Source: Solirubrobacterales bacterium (lineage in GTDB: Bacteria; Actinomycetota; Thermoleophilia; Solirubrobacterales; JACPNS01). Taken from it: a stretch of 64,000 nt of DNA. The notes beneath the pieces are model-generated. The model was not told the origin of the DNA. It saw nothing but the letters and a program-made list of their open reading frames with translations, and made no database searches. The position numbers and the translations under genes are program-made. This document shows positions 54,650 to 64,000 of this stretch, piece after piece. The stretch is from the NCBI GenBank assembly GCA_016185345.1, contig JACPNS010000013.1:10432-74431 (forward strand), read 5' to 3'. The first letter of the stretch is position 1. Every line of letters starts with the position of its first letter.

Positions 54650-55713
54650 CCGCGCGCATGCTCACATCGGGATCGGTTTCCTGCGCCGCCGCGATTTTTG
54701 CGATGCTCGCTCTGGCGCTACCGGCATTCGCAGAACCGACTGGAGCCACAGACCGATCGACTGCCATCACTGGCGTCACCGGACCGTCTGGAGTCTCGGG
54801 AGCAGCAAGGAAGAGGTCCAGCTCCAAGGCCAAAACGGCCAAGCTGAAAACGTTCTCGCTCCGTGCCGAAGGCGCCTACCGCTACAAGGGTCGCGGGTAC
54901 GTCTTGCCGCGAACCAATCTCGTGATTCGCGGCCGCGTGGAGACCGTCCTCGGCGCGGAGGTCAAGATCCGCATCCTCAAAAATGGCAAGCTGATCAAGA
55001 GCGAAAACGTCGTACTCGACTCCGCTGGTTCAACCAGCAAGTTTCGTTATTCATGGCGCGCTGGCAAGGAGGGCAGGTACGCGATCAAGCTTGAGCTGAC
55101 CGACGAACAGAAGTTGCTCGCGGGGGCCGGCAAGGGCACCACGGTCTCGGTCGTGCGTACGAACATCCGCCCCGGCAGTCGCGGCGTCGCCGTGCGTCTT
55201 TTCCAAAACCGTCTGCGCAGCCTCTCTTACGTCGCGCCGCTCAACGGTCGCTTTGACGCCGGCACCGGTCGCGCCTTCATCGCCTTCCGCAAGGTCAACG
55301 GAATGTCCCGCAGGGCCGCCGCAGGTTCGAGCGTCGCACGCAAGCTCGCGGCGGGCACGGGTGGCTTCCGGCTTCGCTATCCGGGCGCCGGGCGCCACAT
55401 CGAGGTCAGTACGAGCAAGCAGATCATGGTTATGGCCGACAAGGGCAAGGTCACCCGGATCTACCACGTCTCAACCGGAAAGTCTTCCACGCCGACGATC
55501 CGCGGCACCTACCGCGTGTACCGGAAAGATCCGACCACGAACGCCAAGGGAATGGTCAAGAGCAGCTACTTCATCCGTGGATATGCAATCCACGGATTCA
55601 AGGATGTGCCGATTTTCGGTGCCAGCCATGGCTGCGTGCGCGTCCCCATCCCGAACGCTTCGTCGATCTTCCGCTGGGTGCGCATGGGCACCCGCGTCGA
55701 CACCTATTTCTGA
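54646..55713 (+). CDS. L,D-transpeptidase with peptidoglycan-binding domain
   Basis: Signal peptide, PG_binding-like GSRGVAVRLFQNRLRSLSY, and the YkuD active site HGCVRVP. ATGA overlap with the upstream gene. Confidence 0.8.
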   Translation: MTARMLTSGSVSCAAAIFAMLALALPAFAEPTGATDRSTAITGVTGPSGVSGAARKRSSSKAKTAKLKTFSLRAEGAYRYKGRGYVLPRTNLVIRGRVETVLGAEVKIRILKNGKLIKSENVVLDSAGSTSKFRYSWRAGKEGRYAIKLELTDEQKLLAGAGKGTTVSVVRTNIRPGSRGVAVRLFQNRLRSLSYVAPLNGRFDAGTGRAFIAFRKVNGMSRRAAAGSSVARKLAAGTGGFRLRYPGAGRHIEVSTSKQIMVMADKGKVTRIYHVSTGKSSTPTIRGTYRVYRKDPTTNAKGMVKSSYFIRGYAIHGFKDVPIFGASHGCVRVPIPNASSIFRWVRMGTRVDTYF

Positions 55714-55725
55714 GCTGACAGTCCG

Positions 55726-56157
55726 CTAACGCGAACCGGCTGTGAAGCCGTCATGCCGACCGCGTTGCGCACCGGCGTCACTCGCTGGCCCGCTCATTTC
55801 GATCCACGCCGCGAGTGCTCGCAGGCCAAGCAGGAACACGAGCATGCCGAAGACGAAGGCCGCGCCGCGCATCGCCCAGACGTTGCCGTCGCCGAGCTTC
55901 CTCCCGATCGACTCGCCGGGCGAGGTGATCGCGTCGTTGGCCTTGTCGAGGTTGGCACGAAGTTTTCCGTTTTCATCCGCAGTGAGGCGTCCATGCTGGT
56001 CGCGCGCCGTCGCGACCCGCGCTCCACCACTGGTCGCCAACTGTGCCTGCTGCTTCGACGCTGAACCGAGCTCGTCCCAGACGAACAAACCGAAGCTGAC
56101 GGCGACTATCGCCGTCAGGAGTATCGATGCAACGCGGAGAAGTCCCGAGACGTTCAT
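55726..56157 (-). CDS. two-TM hypothetical membrane protein
   Basis: The ATG at 56157 gives MNVSGLLRVASILLTAIVAVSFGLFVW. A second TM segment lies near the C-terminus. Confidence 0.4.
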   Translation of the reverse strand: MNVSGLLRVASILLTAIVAVSFGLFVWDELGSASKQQAQLATSGGARVATARDQHGRLTADENGKLRANLDKANDAITSPGESIGRKLGDGNVWAMRGAAFVFGMLVFLLGLRALAAWIEMSGPASDAGAQRGRHDGFTAGSR

Positions 56158-56395
56158 GTCCCGTCCAGCTTTCTTGGATTGCCGATGCGGATTTCGGCTG
56201 AATTTTCTTGGCGGTTGCTCCGTCGCGAACGGAGTGACGCCGGGGCAGACATCGCACCCTGCATCGAGTTTCGGCTGGGACCGCCCGAGCCTTGAGTCCA
56301 ATGGGGCGGACACTCCAAGCTGAATGTCCACTCGCATCCCGCTCTGAGTCTGGAATTGCACTCCGTGGTCATTGTGTCTACGATGCTCAGCGGCT

Positions 56396-56944
56396 ATGGA
56401 TGCGCGCGACACTTTGATTGCTGAACTTCGCGAACACGCGCTCGTGATCGGCGAAGTAGTTCTGACCAGCGGGAAGACCGCGCAGTACTACGTGGACGCC
56501 AAGCGCGCGATCCTGCAGAGAACGGGGTTCATGGCGCTCGGCGAACTCGTCGCAGACTTCGCGACGGTGGTCGGAGCAACCGCCGTGGGCGGAATGACGA
56601 TGGGTGCCGACCCAGTCGCCTGCTCGGCACTTGCCGTGGGCTCCGACGCCAAGGCCTTCTTCGTGCGCAAGGATCGCAAGGAGCACGGCCTGCAGCGCTG
56701 GGTCGAGGGACCGTTGCTCGCTCCGGGCGAGCGCTGCCTGATCGTCGAGGACGTCGTCACCACGGGCGGATCGACGCTCCAGGCGATCGAGCGCGTCAAG
56801 GACGAGGGATTTGAAATCGTTGGAGTCTGCGCCGTGCTCGACCGGCTTGCAGGCGGCGGAGAGGCAATTGAGGCTGCTGCGGGAGCGCCCTACCGTGCCT
56901 TCACCACTATCGATGATGTGCATCCCGACCGGCCAGACCGATAA
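56396..56944 (+). CDS. pyrE: orotate phosphoribosyltransferase
   Basis: LTSGKTAQYYVD and the PRPP motif LIVEDVVTTGGS. Confidence 0.85.
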   Translation: MDARDTLIAELREHALVIGEVVLTSGKTAQYYVDAKRAILQRTGFMALGELVADFATVVGATAVGGMTMGADPVACSALAVGSDAKAFFVRKDRKEHGLQRWVEGPLLAPGERCLIVEDVVTTGGSTLQAIERVKDEGFEIVGVCAVLDRLAGGGEAIEAAAGAPYRAFTTIDDVHPDRPDR

Positions 56945-57005
56945 ACCAACTGTCGGGACCTGGTTACAGCTGTACTTAGTACTTGGGCAGGCTGACTGGC
57001 TACGG

Positions 57006-57425
57006 ATGAGCCGCTTCAAATCGAAAAAAGAACTCCGACTCGTAATGGACCAGGTGATCGCGACGCTCTGCGATGACACGGAGGTCGGCCCGCAGCTCAA
57101 AGCCCTGGGCACGCCCGTCGAGATCACCTACAAGGATTTCGACATCACGGTGAACATCCGTGCCGGCGAAGACGGCGAGTCAAATCTCGTCTGGGTCTGG
57201 TCCAAGCGCGTCAAGTGGGATCCGACTACCCGCATCGAGGTGACGTCAGATGTCGCCAACCAGTTCATGCAGGGCAAGCTCCAGGTGGCCAAGGCCCTCG
57301 CGCTGCGCAAGGTCAAGGTGAAGGGCTCACTGACCGCCGGCCTGCGCATCGTCGCGATCTGCGGTCCGGCCTTCGAGCACTACCGCGAGCGCGTGACCAG
57401 CGATTTTCCTCATCTCGTCGTCTGA
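57006..57425 (+). CDS. SCP2 sterol-binding-domain protein
   Basis: The ATG at 57006. QFMQGKLQVAKALALRKVKVKGS is typical of an SCP2 C-terminal helix. Confidence 0.55.
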   Translation: MSRFKSKKELRLVMDQVIATLCDDTEVGPQLKALGTPVEITYKDFDITVNIRAGEDGESNLVWVWSKRVKWDPTTRIEVTSDVANQFMQGKLQVAKALALRKVKVKGSLTAGLRIVAICGPAFEHYRERVTSDFPHLVV

Positions 57426-57431
57426 GGTAGT

Positions 57432-57917
57432 TTGAGCGCCATGCTCGGGCGCGCGAGGCCAACAAGCTTGCTCGACTGGGGGATCCTCGCTTCGTATCTC
57501 GTCGCGTTGCTTCTGATTGTCTGGGCCGTCCTGGTCGTGGACTGGTGGTCCACGGCGATCAGGTTGATCGATCCTGAACTTGGGAGCGGAGTGCCGAGCG
57601 CCTCGCTGACCAGGGACGGGCAGACGCTGCTCAGCGGCTACCCCGGCACCGCGATTGCCCTCTTGCTGATCGTCCCGTGCGGCTGGTTCCTGTCTTACCG
57701 AAACCGGATCGCTTCCGTCATGCTCGGGCTGTTCGGGATCGGGCTGACGATTGTCGCGGGCCTGCTCGATCCACTGGTCACGGGTCTCGTGACGACGAAC
57801 GCGTGGATTCCCGCCGCCATCGCGTGGTTCTTCTATTTCGGAGCGCTGCTCACGGCGCTTTCGACGCAGGACCCGCAGTTAGAGTTGGAACCGCGCCCCG
57901 ATAGCTCAGATGGATAG
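57432..57917 (+). CDS. hypothetical membrane protein
   Basis: 4-5 hydrophobic segments. The last 23 nt overlap tRNA-Arg, so the true stop and reality of the gene are uncertain. Confidence 0.4.
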   Translation: MSAMLGRARPTSLLDWGILASYLVALLLIVWAVLVVDWWSTAIRLIDPELGSGVPSASLTRDGQTLLSGYPGTAIALLLIVPCGWFLSYRNRIASVMLGLFGIGLTIVAGLLDPLVTGLVTTNAWIPAAIAWFFYFGALLTALSTQDPQLELEPRPDSSDG

Positions 57918-57968
57918 AGCGCTTCCCTCCTAAGGAAGAGGCCGCTGGTTCGACTCCAGCTCGGGGCA
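57895..57968 (+). tRNA. tRNA-Arg (anticodon CCT)
   Basis: Manual cloverleaf: acceptor GCCCCGA/TCGGGGC, D stem GCTC/GAGC, anticodon stem CTTCC/GGAAG, loop CTCCTAA, T arm GCTGG-TTCGACT-CCAGC. Confidence 0.9.
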
Positions 57969-57978
57969 TTCAGGTCGA

Positions 57979-58800
57979 TCAACGACCGGCGAGTCCGCGT
58001 CGTGGACGGCTCGGTAGGTCTTTGGTTGGGGGTGGCAGTGACCATACGAGATCTGCTGCAGCCGAGCGGTCTTTCACGCCGAGCACGCGGTACGCGTTCT
58101 CAAGATGTTTCTGGACGGTGCGCTCGCTGATGCCCAGGCTGGCGGCGGCGTCGCGGTTTGAGCGACCGCGCGCGATCTCGGCCAGGACCGCGGCCTGCCG
58201 TTTGCTGACGCCGAGCTCGACCAGCGCGACGATCCGAGTGGCGAGATCGCCGGCCGCCAGCGTGGGCCGGGCGGCAAGCTCCTCCCGCAGTGCAGTGTGC
58301 TCGATCGCGTTGCGCCAGGCCTGGATCAAGAAGGGCCGAGCGGCATTCAGGAGGTCGCGCTCGGCGTCGCTGAAATCTACGTGGGTCCGGCTGATGGCGA
58401 TCGCGATCACGCGCTCGGGAGCCGAGGGCAGGATCACCGCGATCTGATGCTCGACGCCCATGGGCTTGTAGACCTGGCGGTAGAGCTCCAAGCTCACGAG
58501 TTCCTGTCGGGAAATCACATCGGAGAATCTGTACGCCCGTCCGTCCTGCGTCTTCAAGTACCGCGCGAGCAGCGGATTCTCATGCGCGTATTGGCCGAAC
58601 AACCGGAACATCTCCTCCGACTGCGGCGGGCGGACGACCGCGATGATCCCGTCGGGATCGGGGCCGATGTCGTTGATCGAAATGAACTCGCTCGGAAGGC
58701 TCCGATCGAGCGCAACGAGCATCCCATCGATCAGCTCGTCGAGATCGAGCATCCCCTGGACCTCACCGACGAGTTCGAGTAGTGCTTTTTCCTGCTTCAC
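57979..58800 (-). CDS. LuxR-family transcriptional regulator (N-terminal GAF-like sensor plus C-terminal HTH)
   Basis: C-terminal LuxR HTH: LSKRQAAVLAEIARGRSNRDAAASLGISERTVQKHLENAY. The GTG at 58800 is preferred over 58950 to avoid overlap with the divergent gene. Confidence 0.7.
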   Translation of the reverse strand: MKQEKALLELVGEVQGMLDLDELIDGMLVALDRSLPSEFISINDIGPDPDGIIAVVRPPQSEEMFRLFGQYAHENPLLARYLKTQDGRAYRFSDVISRQELVSLELYRQVYKPMGVEHQIAVILPSAPERVIAIAISRTHVDFSDAERDLLNAARPFLIQAWRNAIEHTALREELAARPTLAAGDLATRIVALVELGVSKRQAAVLAEIARGRSNRDAAASLGISERTVQKHLENAYRVLGVKDRSAAADLVWSLPPPTKDLPSRPRRGLAGR

Positions 58801-58918
58801 GTCGATCGATGCTACGCGGATTTGGCGTAGCGCGTCCGGCGCCCTCCGCGCAGCGGGCGTAGGATTTACGCCTTGGCGCACCGAGGCTCGGGCCTGGTGC
58901 AAGTACAGGAGGACTGCA

Positions 58919-59383
58919 ATGACTTTCCGGCGTTCCGCACTTGTTATCACTGCGCTCGCGGCACTCGCGATCGCTCTTCCGACATTCGCCAGCGCGGCGA
59001 AGGCACCGATCTACCACGTCTACTCGAAGTGCAGCAAGAGCACGGGAATCTGTTCCGCCTCTGCCTACCTGAACAAAAAGCAGACTCGTGCCGTTTCGCT
59101 TGGCGTCTCCAAGAAGTGCAGCGACGGTTCGTATATCTCGATCTCCTTCAGCGGAAGCACCAAGGTCTCGAGCAAGGGCAAGTTCAGCGTCACCGTTGAC
59201 GTGACCAATTACGACCGGACCGCCGGAGTTTCGGTCGCAGGAGTCGGCAAGATCGACGGCAAGGTCAAGAAGAAGGAGAAGGTCACGCTCGACTACTCGA
59301 TCGACAAGGCTCCGGCCGCCTGCGCAGGTCTGCTCAGCGGGTCGAACACGGCCAAGTACAAGGGCACCCAGTCGGGAGGATGA
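58919..59383 (+). CDS. small secreted Lys/Ser-rich hypothetical protein
   Basis: An AGGAGGA RBS precedes the ATG. Signal peptide MTFRRSALVITALAALAIALPTFASA. 4+ Cys. Confidence 0.5.
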   Translation: MTFRRSALVITALAALAIALPTFASAAKAPIYHVYSKCSKSTGICSASAYLNKKQTRAVSLGVSKKCSDGSYISISFSGSTKVSSKGKFSVTVDVTNYDRTAGVSVAGVGKIDGKVKKKEKVTLDYSIDKAPAACAGLLSGSNTAKYKGTQSGG

Positions 59384-59509
59384 TTGGTTGACTGGCAATC
59401 GGATCGGCGCCACGTGGATCAACGAGCAACTTCTTCGGCCGCAAGGCGGCGGGTGATCGATCCCGCGACATGAAGTCACTGAAGAAGGCCGGCTGCAAAC
59501 TCGGCGCGG

Positions 59510-60421
59510 TCAAATGAACTCGATCGTCAGGCCCACCATGGCGATCAAGATCGTCGTCCAGATGATCGCGCTGGTGGTGAGTTTGCGGTCCAATCCGTAG
59601 TTGTTGGCCAGCAGCAGGTTGTTGAGGCCGGTCGGCATCATCGCCTGGAGAACGTAAGCGTTCGGGACCTTCGTGACCCAGCGGTCCATCGCCAACAGGA
59701 ATAGCGGCAGGAAGCTCAACTTCAGCAGGCCGGCAATCGCGACCGGCTTGGTCAGCTTGGGCGGGAAGCTCAACTTGTCGAGCTCGCTCTCGTGGCGCAC
59801 GACGATTCCGACTGCGAAGAATCCGGCCGGCAGAATCGCGTAGACCAGGAGGTGCGTGATATCGCGTGCCCATTGCGGTGAGAGCGACTCCGGCGCGAGC
59901 AGCGCGAGCACCGCCGTGTAGAGCAGCGGGTTCTTCGTGAAGTAGGACTTGAGGCGATCTCTCGGCGTGTCAGCGTGCGTGCCGTAAGCGGCGCCGATCG
60001 AGAACGCGATGAACACCAGCGACGGCAGCATCACGACGATGTCGTAGATGATCGCGGAGTCGAGCGCCCCGGTGCCGAGCGAGACGCTTGAGAACGCGTA
60101 GCCGAGATACGCCGTGTTGCCCATCACCGCGCAACAGACGAACGCGCCAACCTGCGGCCGCGAGAGGTCGAGCCGATTGGCGATCGCGAACGACACTGCG
60201 ACCAGCAGGAGGTTGCCGATCCAGCCGACGGCGAGGGCCTTCCCGGCTTCGATCGTGAACTCGAAATGCGCGAGGTTGAAGAACAACACCGGCGGGATGA
60301 TCACCCAGAGCACGACATCCATCAGGCGCTTGGCAAAGTGCTCCGAAGTGTCCGGTCGGCGATGCGCATAGAACGCGCCGAGCGAGCCCGAGACGATCAT
60401 GGTGACGACGATCCAGATCAA
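59510..60421 (-). CDS. AEC (auxin efflux carrier) family transporter
   Basis: 303 aa, about 10 TM segments with a central loop. Confidence 0.7.
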   Translation of the reverse strand: MIWIVVTMIVSGSLGAFYAHRRPDTSEHFAKRLMDVVLWVIIPPVLFFNLAHFEFTIEAGKALAVGWIGNLLLVAVSFAIANRLDLSRPQVGAFVCCAVMGNTAYLGYAFSSVSLGTGALDSAIIYDIVVMLPSLVFIAFSIGAAYGTHADTPRDRLKSYFTKNPLLYTAVLALLAPESLSPQWARDITHLLVYAILPAGFFAVGIVVRHESELDKLSFPPKLTKPVAIAGLLKLSFLPLFLLAMDRWVTKVPNAYVLQAMMPTGLNNLLLANNYGLDRKLTTSAIIWTTILIAMVGLTIEFI

Positions 60422-61452
60422 CTGAGCGCTCCACGTAGTTGCACGGCGGCGTCTTCGGGAGCGACCGGGTTGATCCCGACGCCCGTGCCGAGCTCGAAGC
60501 CGGCCGGCTGCCCGAGCCTGGGCGCGATCTCCATGCGCCAGCTGTAGCCCTGCGCGTCGCGCGGCGCCGTTCGGATCCAGATGTTCAGCGGCGGGGCGGC
60601 GCCTTCGCCGAACTCGATCGCTCCGGCGACGGCCATCAACGCCGTATGAAGCATCGCGGTCCCGCGCGAGGCGCTCGCTTCGAAATGCGGCTCGGGCTTG
60701 CGCGGAATGATCGCCATCCGGTACGGCGTCGGTGAAGCGAACGGCGCAATCAATGCGACCGAGTCGTCGATCGCAATCAGCCGCTCCCCGCCGCGGATCT
60801 CCTCGACAAGCAGGTCCTCCAGCAGAGTGCGCCCCTGGGTGTGCTCGAAGTAGGCGCGCATCCGCTCGCGTTCGCGCGCGATCGGTGGCGGCACGAACGG
60901 CAGTGCGAAGAGTTGGGCATGGGTGTGCGGGAGCGTTGCGCCGGCCTCGACTCGCTCATTCACGCAGAGGTGCACGTACTGGGCGGGGCTGCCGGCGTGC
61001 GCCGAGATGCGCGCGGCCCAGGCGGCCGTCACGGCGTCGAGCTCCTCGAGTGAAAGCTCGGCCAACGAGCGCACGGCCCGCGGGGAGTTCACGATCACCT
61101 CGTGCATCCCGGCCGCAGGCGCCTCGACGAGCAACTGGGGCATGCCGCGCGTCATCCCCAGCGGGTCCGTCATGCCGCTCGAGGGCATCTCTTGCGGGTA
61201 GCCCTGGTCAAGCGCCGGGTACTTGTTCGGCACGGCACGCACTCGCCAGCCCGGGGTGTCCGGCGCGCTGCCATCGGGGCGATCGGCCCAGAGTTCCGGC
61301 GGAGTGAGCGCCTCGTTGCCCTCGGCGAAGGGGTCGTCATCGCCCAGCTCCTGGGGTGGCGACATCTTCGGCCAGGCGTGCGGCCTTTCCGAGCGTTGAT
61401 TGGCGACCATCGTGCGAAGGCCGCTCATCGGATCGATGCGCGCCTCGGGCAT
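60418..61452 (-). CDS. galactose-1-phosphate uridylyltransferase-like HIT-superfamily enzyme
   Basis: The H-x-H-x-Q active-site motif LPHTHAQ and overall GalT-like order. Zn-site Cys residues appear to be missing (see finding). Confidence 0.65.
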   Translation of the reverse strand: MPEARIDPMSGLRTMVANQRSERPHAWPKMSPPQELGDDDPFAEGNEALTPPELWADRPDGSAPDTPGWRVRAVPNKYPALDQGYPQEMPSSGMTDPLGMTRGMPQLLVEAPAAGMHEVIVNSPRAVRSLAELSLEELDAVTAAWAARISAHAGSPAQYVHLCVNERVEAGATLPHTHAQLFALPFVPPPIARERERMRAYFEHTQGRTLLEDLLVEEIRGGERLIAIDDSVALIAPFASPTPYRMAIIPRKPEPHFEASASRGTAMLHTALMAVAGAIEFGEGAAPPLNIWIRTAPRDAQGYSWRMEIAPRLGQPAGFELGTGVGINPVAPEDAAVQLRGALS

Positions 61453-61463
61453 TGCTGAGAACC

Positions 61464-62579
61464 CTAGGCGTACTGAGCTACGTCGGCGATGCCGCGCGGG
61501 CCGGGGCCTACGTACTTGGCGCTCGGGCGAATCAGGCGACCCGTGATCTTCTGCTCAAGGATGTGCGCCGACCAGCCGGCAGTTCGCGCGCATGCAAAAA
61601 GCGGCGTGAACAGGTCTGGTGGGACCTCGGCGAAGTCAAGAACCACTGCCGACCAGAATTCAACGTTCGTGGCAAGCACGCGGTCGGGCTTGCGGGCCTG
61701 AAGTTCTGCGAGGGCCGCCTTCTCGAGCGCCTCGGCGACGACGTAGCGCGGGGCGTCGAGTTCTTTGGCCGTGCGGCGCAACACGCGAGCGCGCGGGTCC
61801 TCTGCGCGGTAGACGCGGTGGCCGAAGCCCATCAACCGGTCGCCGCGGTCGAGCGCGTCCTTGACCCATTTGTCGGCGTCGCCGGATTCCTCAACGCCAT
61901 CGAGCATGTCGAGCACGCGCGAGGGTGCGCCGCCGTGGAGCGGTCCGCTGAGCGCACCGACCGCTCCCGAGAGCGCGGCTGCCACGTCGGCGCCGATTGA
62001 CGCGATCACACGCGCCGTGAAAGTAGAGGCGTTCATTCCGTGTTCGGCGGCGCTGATCCAGTAGGCATCGATCGCCTTGACGTGGCCGGGATCTGCCTCG
62101 CCGCGCCAACGGGTGAGGAAGCGTTCTGAAATTGAATTGCAGTTGTCGATCTCGTTTTGTGGGATCGGTGGGTGACCGATGCCGCGCGCTGACTGCGCGA
62201 CGTGGCTGAGCGCCATGACGCTGCTGCGGGCGAGATCTGCGCGGACTTGCTCTGGTTCTAGGTCGAGGATTTCTTCAAATCCCCACTCCGAAGACAGCAT
62301 CGCCAGTGACGCCTGAAGATCAACACGCGCGTTGCCGGTGCGGACCGAAAGCGGGTGCTGCTCGGCCGGCGGCAGGCCGGGCGCATACGCGCCGTCGACC
62401 AGCAATCCCCAGACCTGTTCAAACGGCACTGCGCCGACGAGGTCCTCGATATCCACGCCGCGATATCGGAGCGCGCCACCCTCGCGGTCGGGCTCCGCGA
62501 TCTCCGAAGCGAATGCGACGACTCCCTCGAGACCATCCTGTACTTCCGGGTGCTGTGACAAATCGATCGCGGGATTCAT
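61464..62579 (-). CDS. citrate (or 2-methylcitrate) synthase
   Basis: GPLHGGA, GFGHRVYR..DPR, ARTAGW. Confidence 0.85.
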   Translation of the reverse strand: MNPAIDLSQHPEVQDGLEGVVAFASEIAEPDREGGALRYRGVDIEDLVGAVPFEQVWGLLVDGAYAPGLPPAEQHPLSVRTGNARVDLQASLAMLSSEWGFEEILDLEPEQVRADLARSSVMALSHVAQSARGIGHPPIPQNEIDNCNSISERFLTRWRGEADPGHVKAIDAYWISAAEHGMNASTFTARVIASIGADVAAALSGAVGALSGPLHGGAPSRVLDMLDGVEESGDADKWVKDALDRGDRLMGFGHRVYRAEDPRARVLRRTAKELDAPRYVVAEALEKAALAELQARKPDRVLATNVEFWSAVVLDFAEVPPDLFTPLFACARTAGWSAHILEQKITGRLIRPSAKYVGPGPRGIADVAQYA

Positions 62580-62600
62580 ATTCGCTGGAAATATGGCAGA

Positions 62601-63185
62601 TCAGTTGGTCGGGCCGGCTTTGAGCGGGCCGGCGTAGCGCTCGATCAATTCCCCCAGCTCTGCGGCCGATCTGATCTGGCCGATCGCGCTGTGCACGAGT
62701 CGTCCCTGGCTGTCGTAAATGTTTGTCACCGGCGGGCGCCCCGGCGGAGGAAACTCCTTGGAGATCTGCACGTTCGGGTCGCTGTAACTGGGGTACGCCA
62801 TGGGAAATCTGCGCATGAACTGCTTGGCCTTCGCGTTGCTGTCGGACACGTTCACACCCAGGAACGCGACGCGATTTCCATACTTCTTGGCGGTCGCCTG
62901 CAGAGCGGGGGCCTCGGCCGCGCATGGAGGGCACCAACTTGCCCACTTGTTCACCACGATCGGCAATCCCTTCAGAGACTCGAGCCGAGCCCTGAATGCC
63001 GGTCGCCCGCCGGGCAGCAGTTCGCTGGCCTGCTCCGTTATCGCCACCAGCCGCGGGTCGGCGCCGTCGACATTCGGCATCACATCGGCAAGCGTTGTGC
63101 GCGTGGAAGGGCTGCTGCCACCGCAGCCAGAGACCGTTGCGATCATTGCTGTGAGGCAAATAGCCATCAATAGTCGGCGAATCAT
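62601..63185 (-). CDS. TlpA-like thiol-disulfide oxidoreductase lipoprotein
   Basis: Lipobox TVSGC and thioredoxin motif WASWCPPC. Confidence 0.8.
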   Translation of the reverse strand: MIRRLLMAICLTAMIATVSGCGGSSPSTRTTLADVMPNVDGADPRLVAITEQASELLPGGRPAFRARLESLKGLPIVVNKWASWCPPCAAEAPALQATAKKYGNRVAFLGVNVSDSNAKAKQFMRRFPMAYPSYSDPNVQISKEFPPPGRPPVTNIYDSQGRLVHSAIGQIRSAAELGELIERYAGPLKAGPTN

Positions 63186-63401
63186 GCGGTAGACGCTATA
63201 ATGAACGCTGTTACTCCGCCCCCGCAGGGCAATCCGAACCGAAGACTTTCACTTTCGGATAACCGCGGCGGCAACGGTTCTTCTTTCCTCGCGCTCGAGC
63301 TTTTCTCGCTCTTTCGCCCGGCCCGGTTTCTTTTTCTCCGAGCGCGTCCGTACCGAACCGTTCTCGCAGTTTGCTGCATAAATGCATGACATCAACACTC
63401 A

Positions 63402-64000
63402 ATGACTGACAAGGTTGTCGCCCCCACGCCCGACGAGCTCGAGCGCGTCGAGGACTTCATCCGTGAGCCTGTGCTGCTCAACGGTGATGATCCCAAGCTC
63501 GCGCTTGCTGCGGGCACGATTCGCCGCCGCGCGTTTGACGCTGCGTTGGCCGAGATCGAGTCGGGAGCTGAAGAGGTCTCCCGCGACTGGGCACGCACCT
63601 ACGCGCTGGCGCTGGGCCTTGAGCGCGAGATCTCAGTCCCCGAGCCAAAGCTTGTAGACGGCACAGTCCTGAACGCCCACCAGGTCGATGTGCTCTCGGG
63701 AACGCTCGCGGCGCTGATGAGCGACGACGAGACGCTCGACGGCGCTCCATATGCCGACGGCGGAGAGTTCGACGAGGAAGATTTCGAGGACGAGGTCGAG
63801 GACAGCGGCCAGGACGACTCCGACGACATCGACGCAGACATCGACTGGGACGTATTCGAGGACGAGGAAGAGGACGAGAAGGAAGACACTGCTGAATACG
63901 TCCTGACCGGTGAGCACAAGGTCGGGAGTCACGTCTCTTCCGATGCCGCCGCCTACGACGCCGAGGAACAACTTCCCGAACAGCCCGAAGACCCGTACGC
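63402..64000 (+). CDS. partial ORF running off the window; N-terminal region followed by an extremely acidic stretch (possibly the N-terminus of a helicase-like protein)
   Basis: ATG at 63402, open to the window end and so not in the ORF track. It reads MTDKVVAPTPDELERVEDF...LNAHQVDVLSGTLAAL, then an Asp/Glu-rich run. The function is not supportable from this fragment. Confidence 0.4.
   Translation, partial: MTDKVVAPTPDELERVEDFIREPVLLNGDDPKLALAAGTIRRRAFDAALAEIESGAEEVSRDWARTYALALGLEREISVPEPKLVDGTVLNAHQVDVLSGTLAALMSDDETLDGAPYADGGEFDEEDFEDEVEDSGQDDSDDIDADIDWDVFEDEEEDEKEDTAEYVLTGEHKVGSHVSSDAAAYDAEEQLPEQPEDPY

Noticed and set aside
57895-57917. 23-nt overlap of ORF 57432-57917 with tRNA-Arg as something functional
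   Set aside because: The most likely explanation is that the ORF simply reads into the tRNA before meeting a stop. The overlap lowers confidence in the ORF's 3' end rather than indicating a special feature.

Overview
This is a 64-kb high-GC chromosomal segment. It looks like a Gram-positive, Actinomycetota-like genome, possibly a deep-branching Thermoleophilia/Rubrobacteria-type lineage; the taxonomy is inference only. All calls come from reading the supplied ORF translations and the DNA by eye, with no database searches. I call about 72 protein genes and 2 tRNAs (Lys-CTT, Arg-CCT), with no rRNA, CRISPR array or transposase.

Most of the window is core housekeeping:
- ddl, a PPK2 kinase, a YmdB-like phosphoesterase and an ABC-2 exporter.
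- A 'respiratory supercluster': hemB, a siroheme-decarboxylase-like gene, hemL, a Bacillus-type split qcrABC, menG and a polyprenyl synthase.
- dcd and tatAC.
- A UDP-2,3-diacetamido-sugar-type operon.
- purA.
- The classic rpsF-ssb-rpsR-rplI-dnaB block.
- otsA, a histidine kinase/response regulator pair, thiL, a class A PBP, an L,D-transpeptidase, pyrE, a galT-like gene and citrate synthase.

The items worth a second look are:
1. A visibly lower-GC two-gene insert at 10.7-12.4 kb. It pairs an endonuclease-IV-like TIM-barrel protein with a translationally coupled GlnD/DUF294-type nucleotidyltransferase. This is my best candidate for an undescribed module.
2. A roughly 1-kb low-GC cassette at 20.96-21.92 kb, bracketed by 158/161-bp direct repeats. 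The repeats duplicate the 3' ends of both flanking convergent genes. The cassette holds an orphan ORF and a membrane-protein paralog broken at a C8 tract.
3. An 883-aa motif-repeat disordered protein whose MinD-tail-like SFFGIKYG motif is encoded by four exact 26-nt copies.
4. A 153-codon mini-intein in dnaB, followed by a DnaC/DnaI-type loader and a vapBC pair.
5. An exact 61-bp duplication that replaces the 5' end of the response-regulator gene.

None of the functional interpretations is proven, and each finding states its decisive check.
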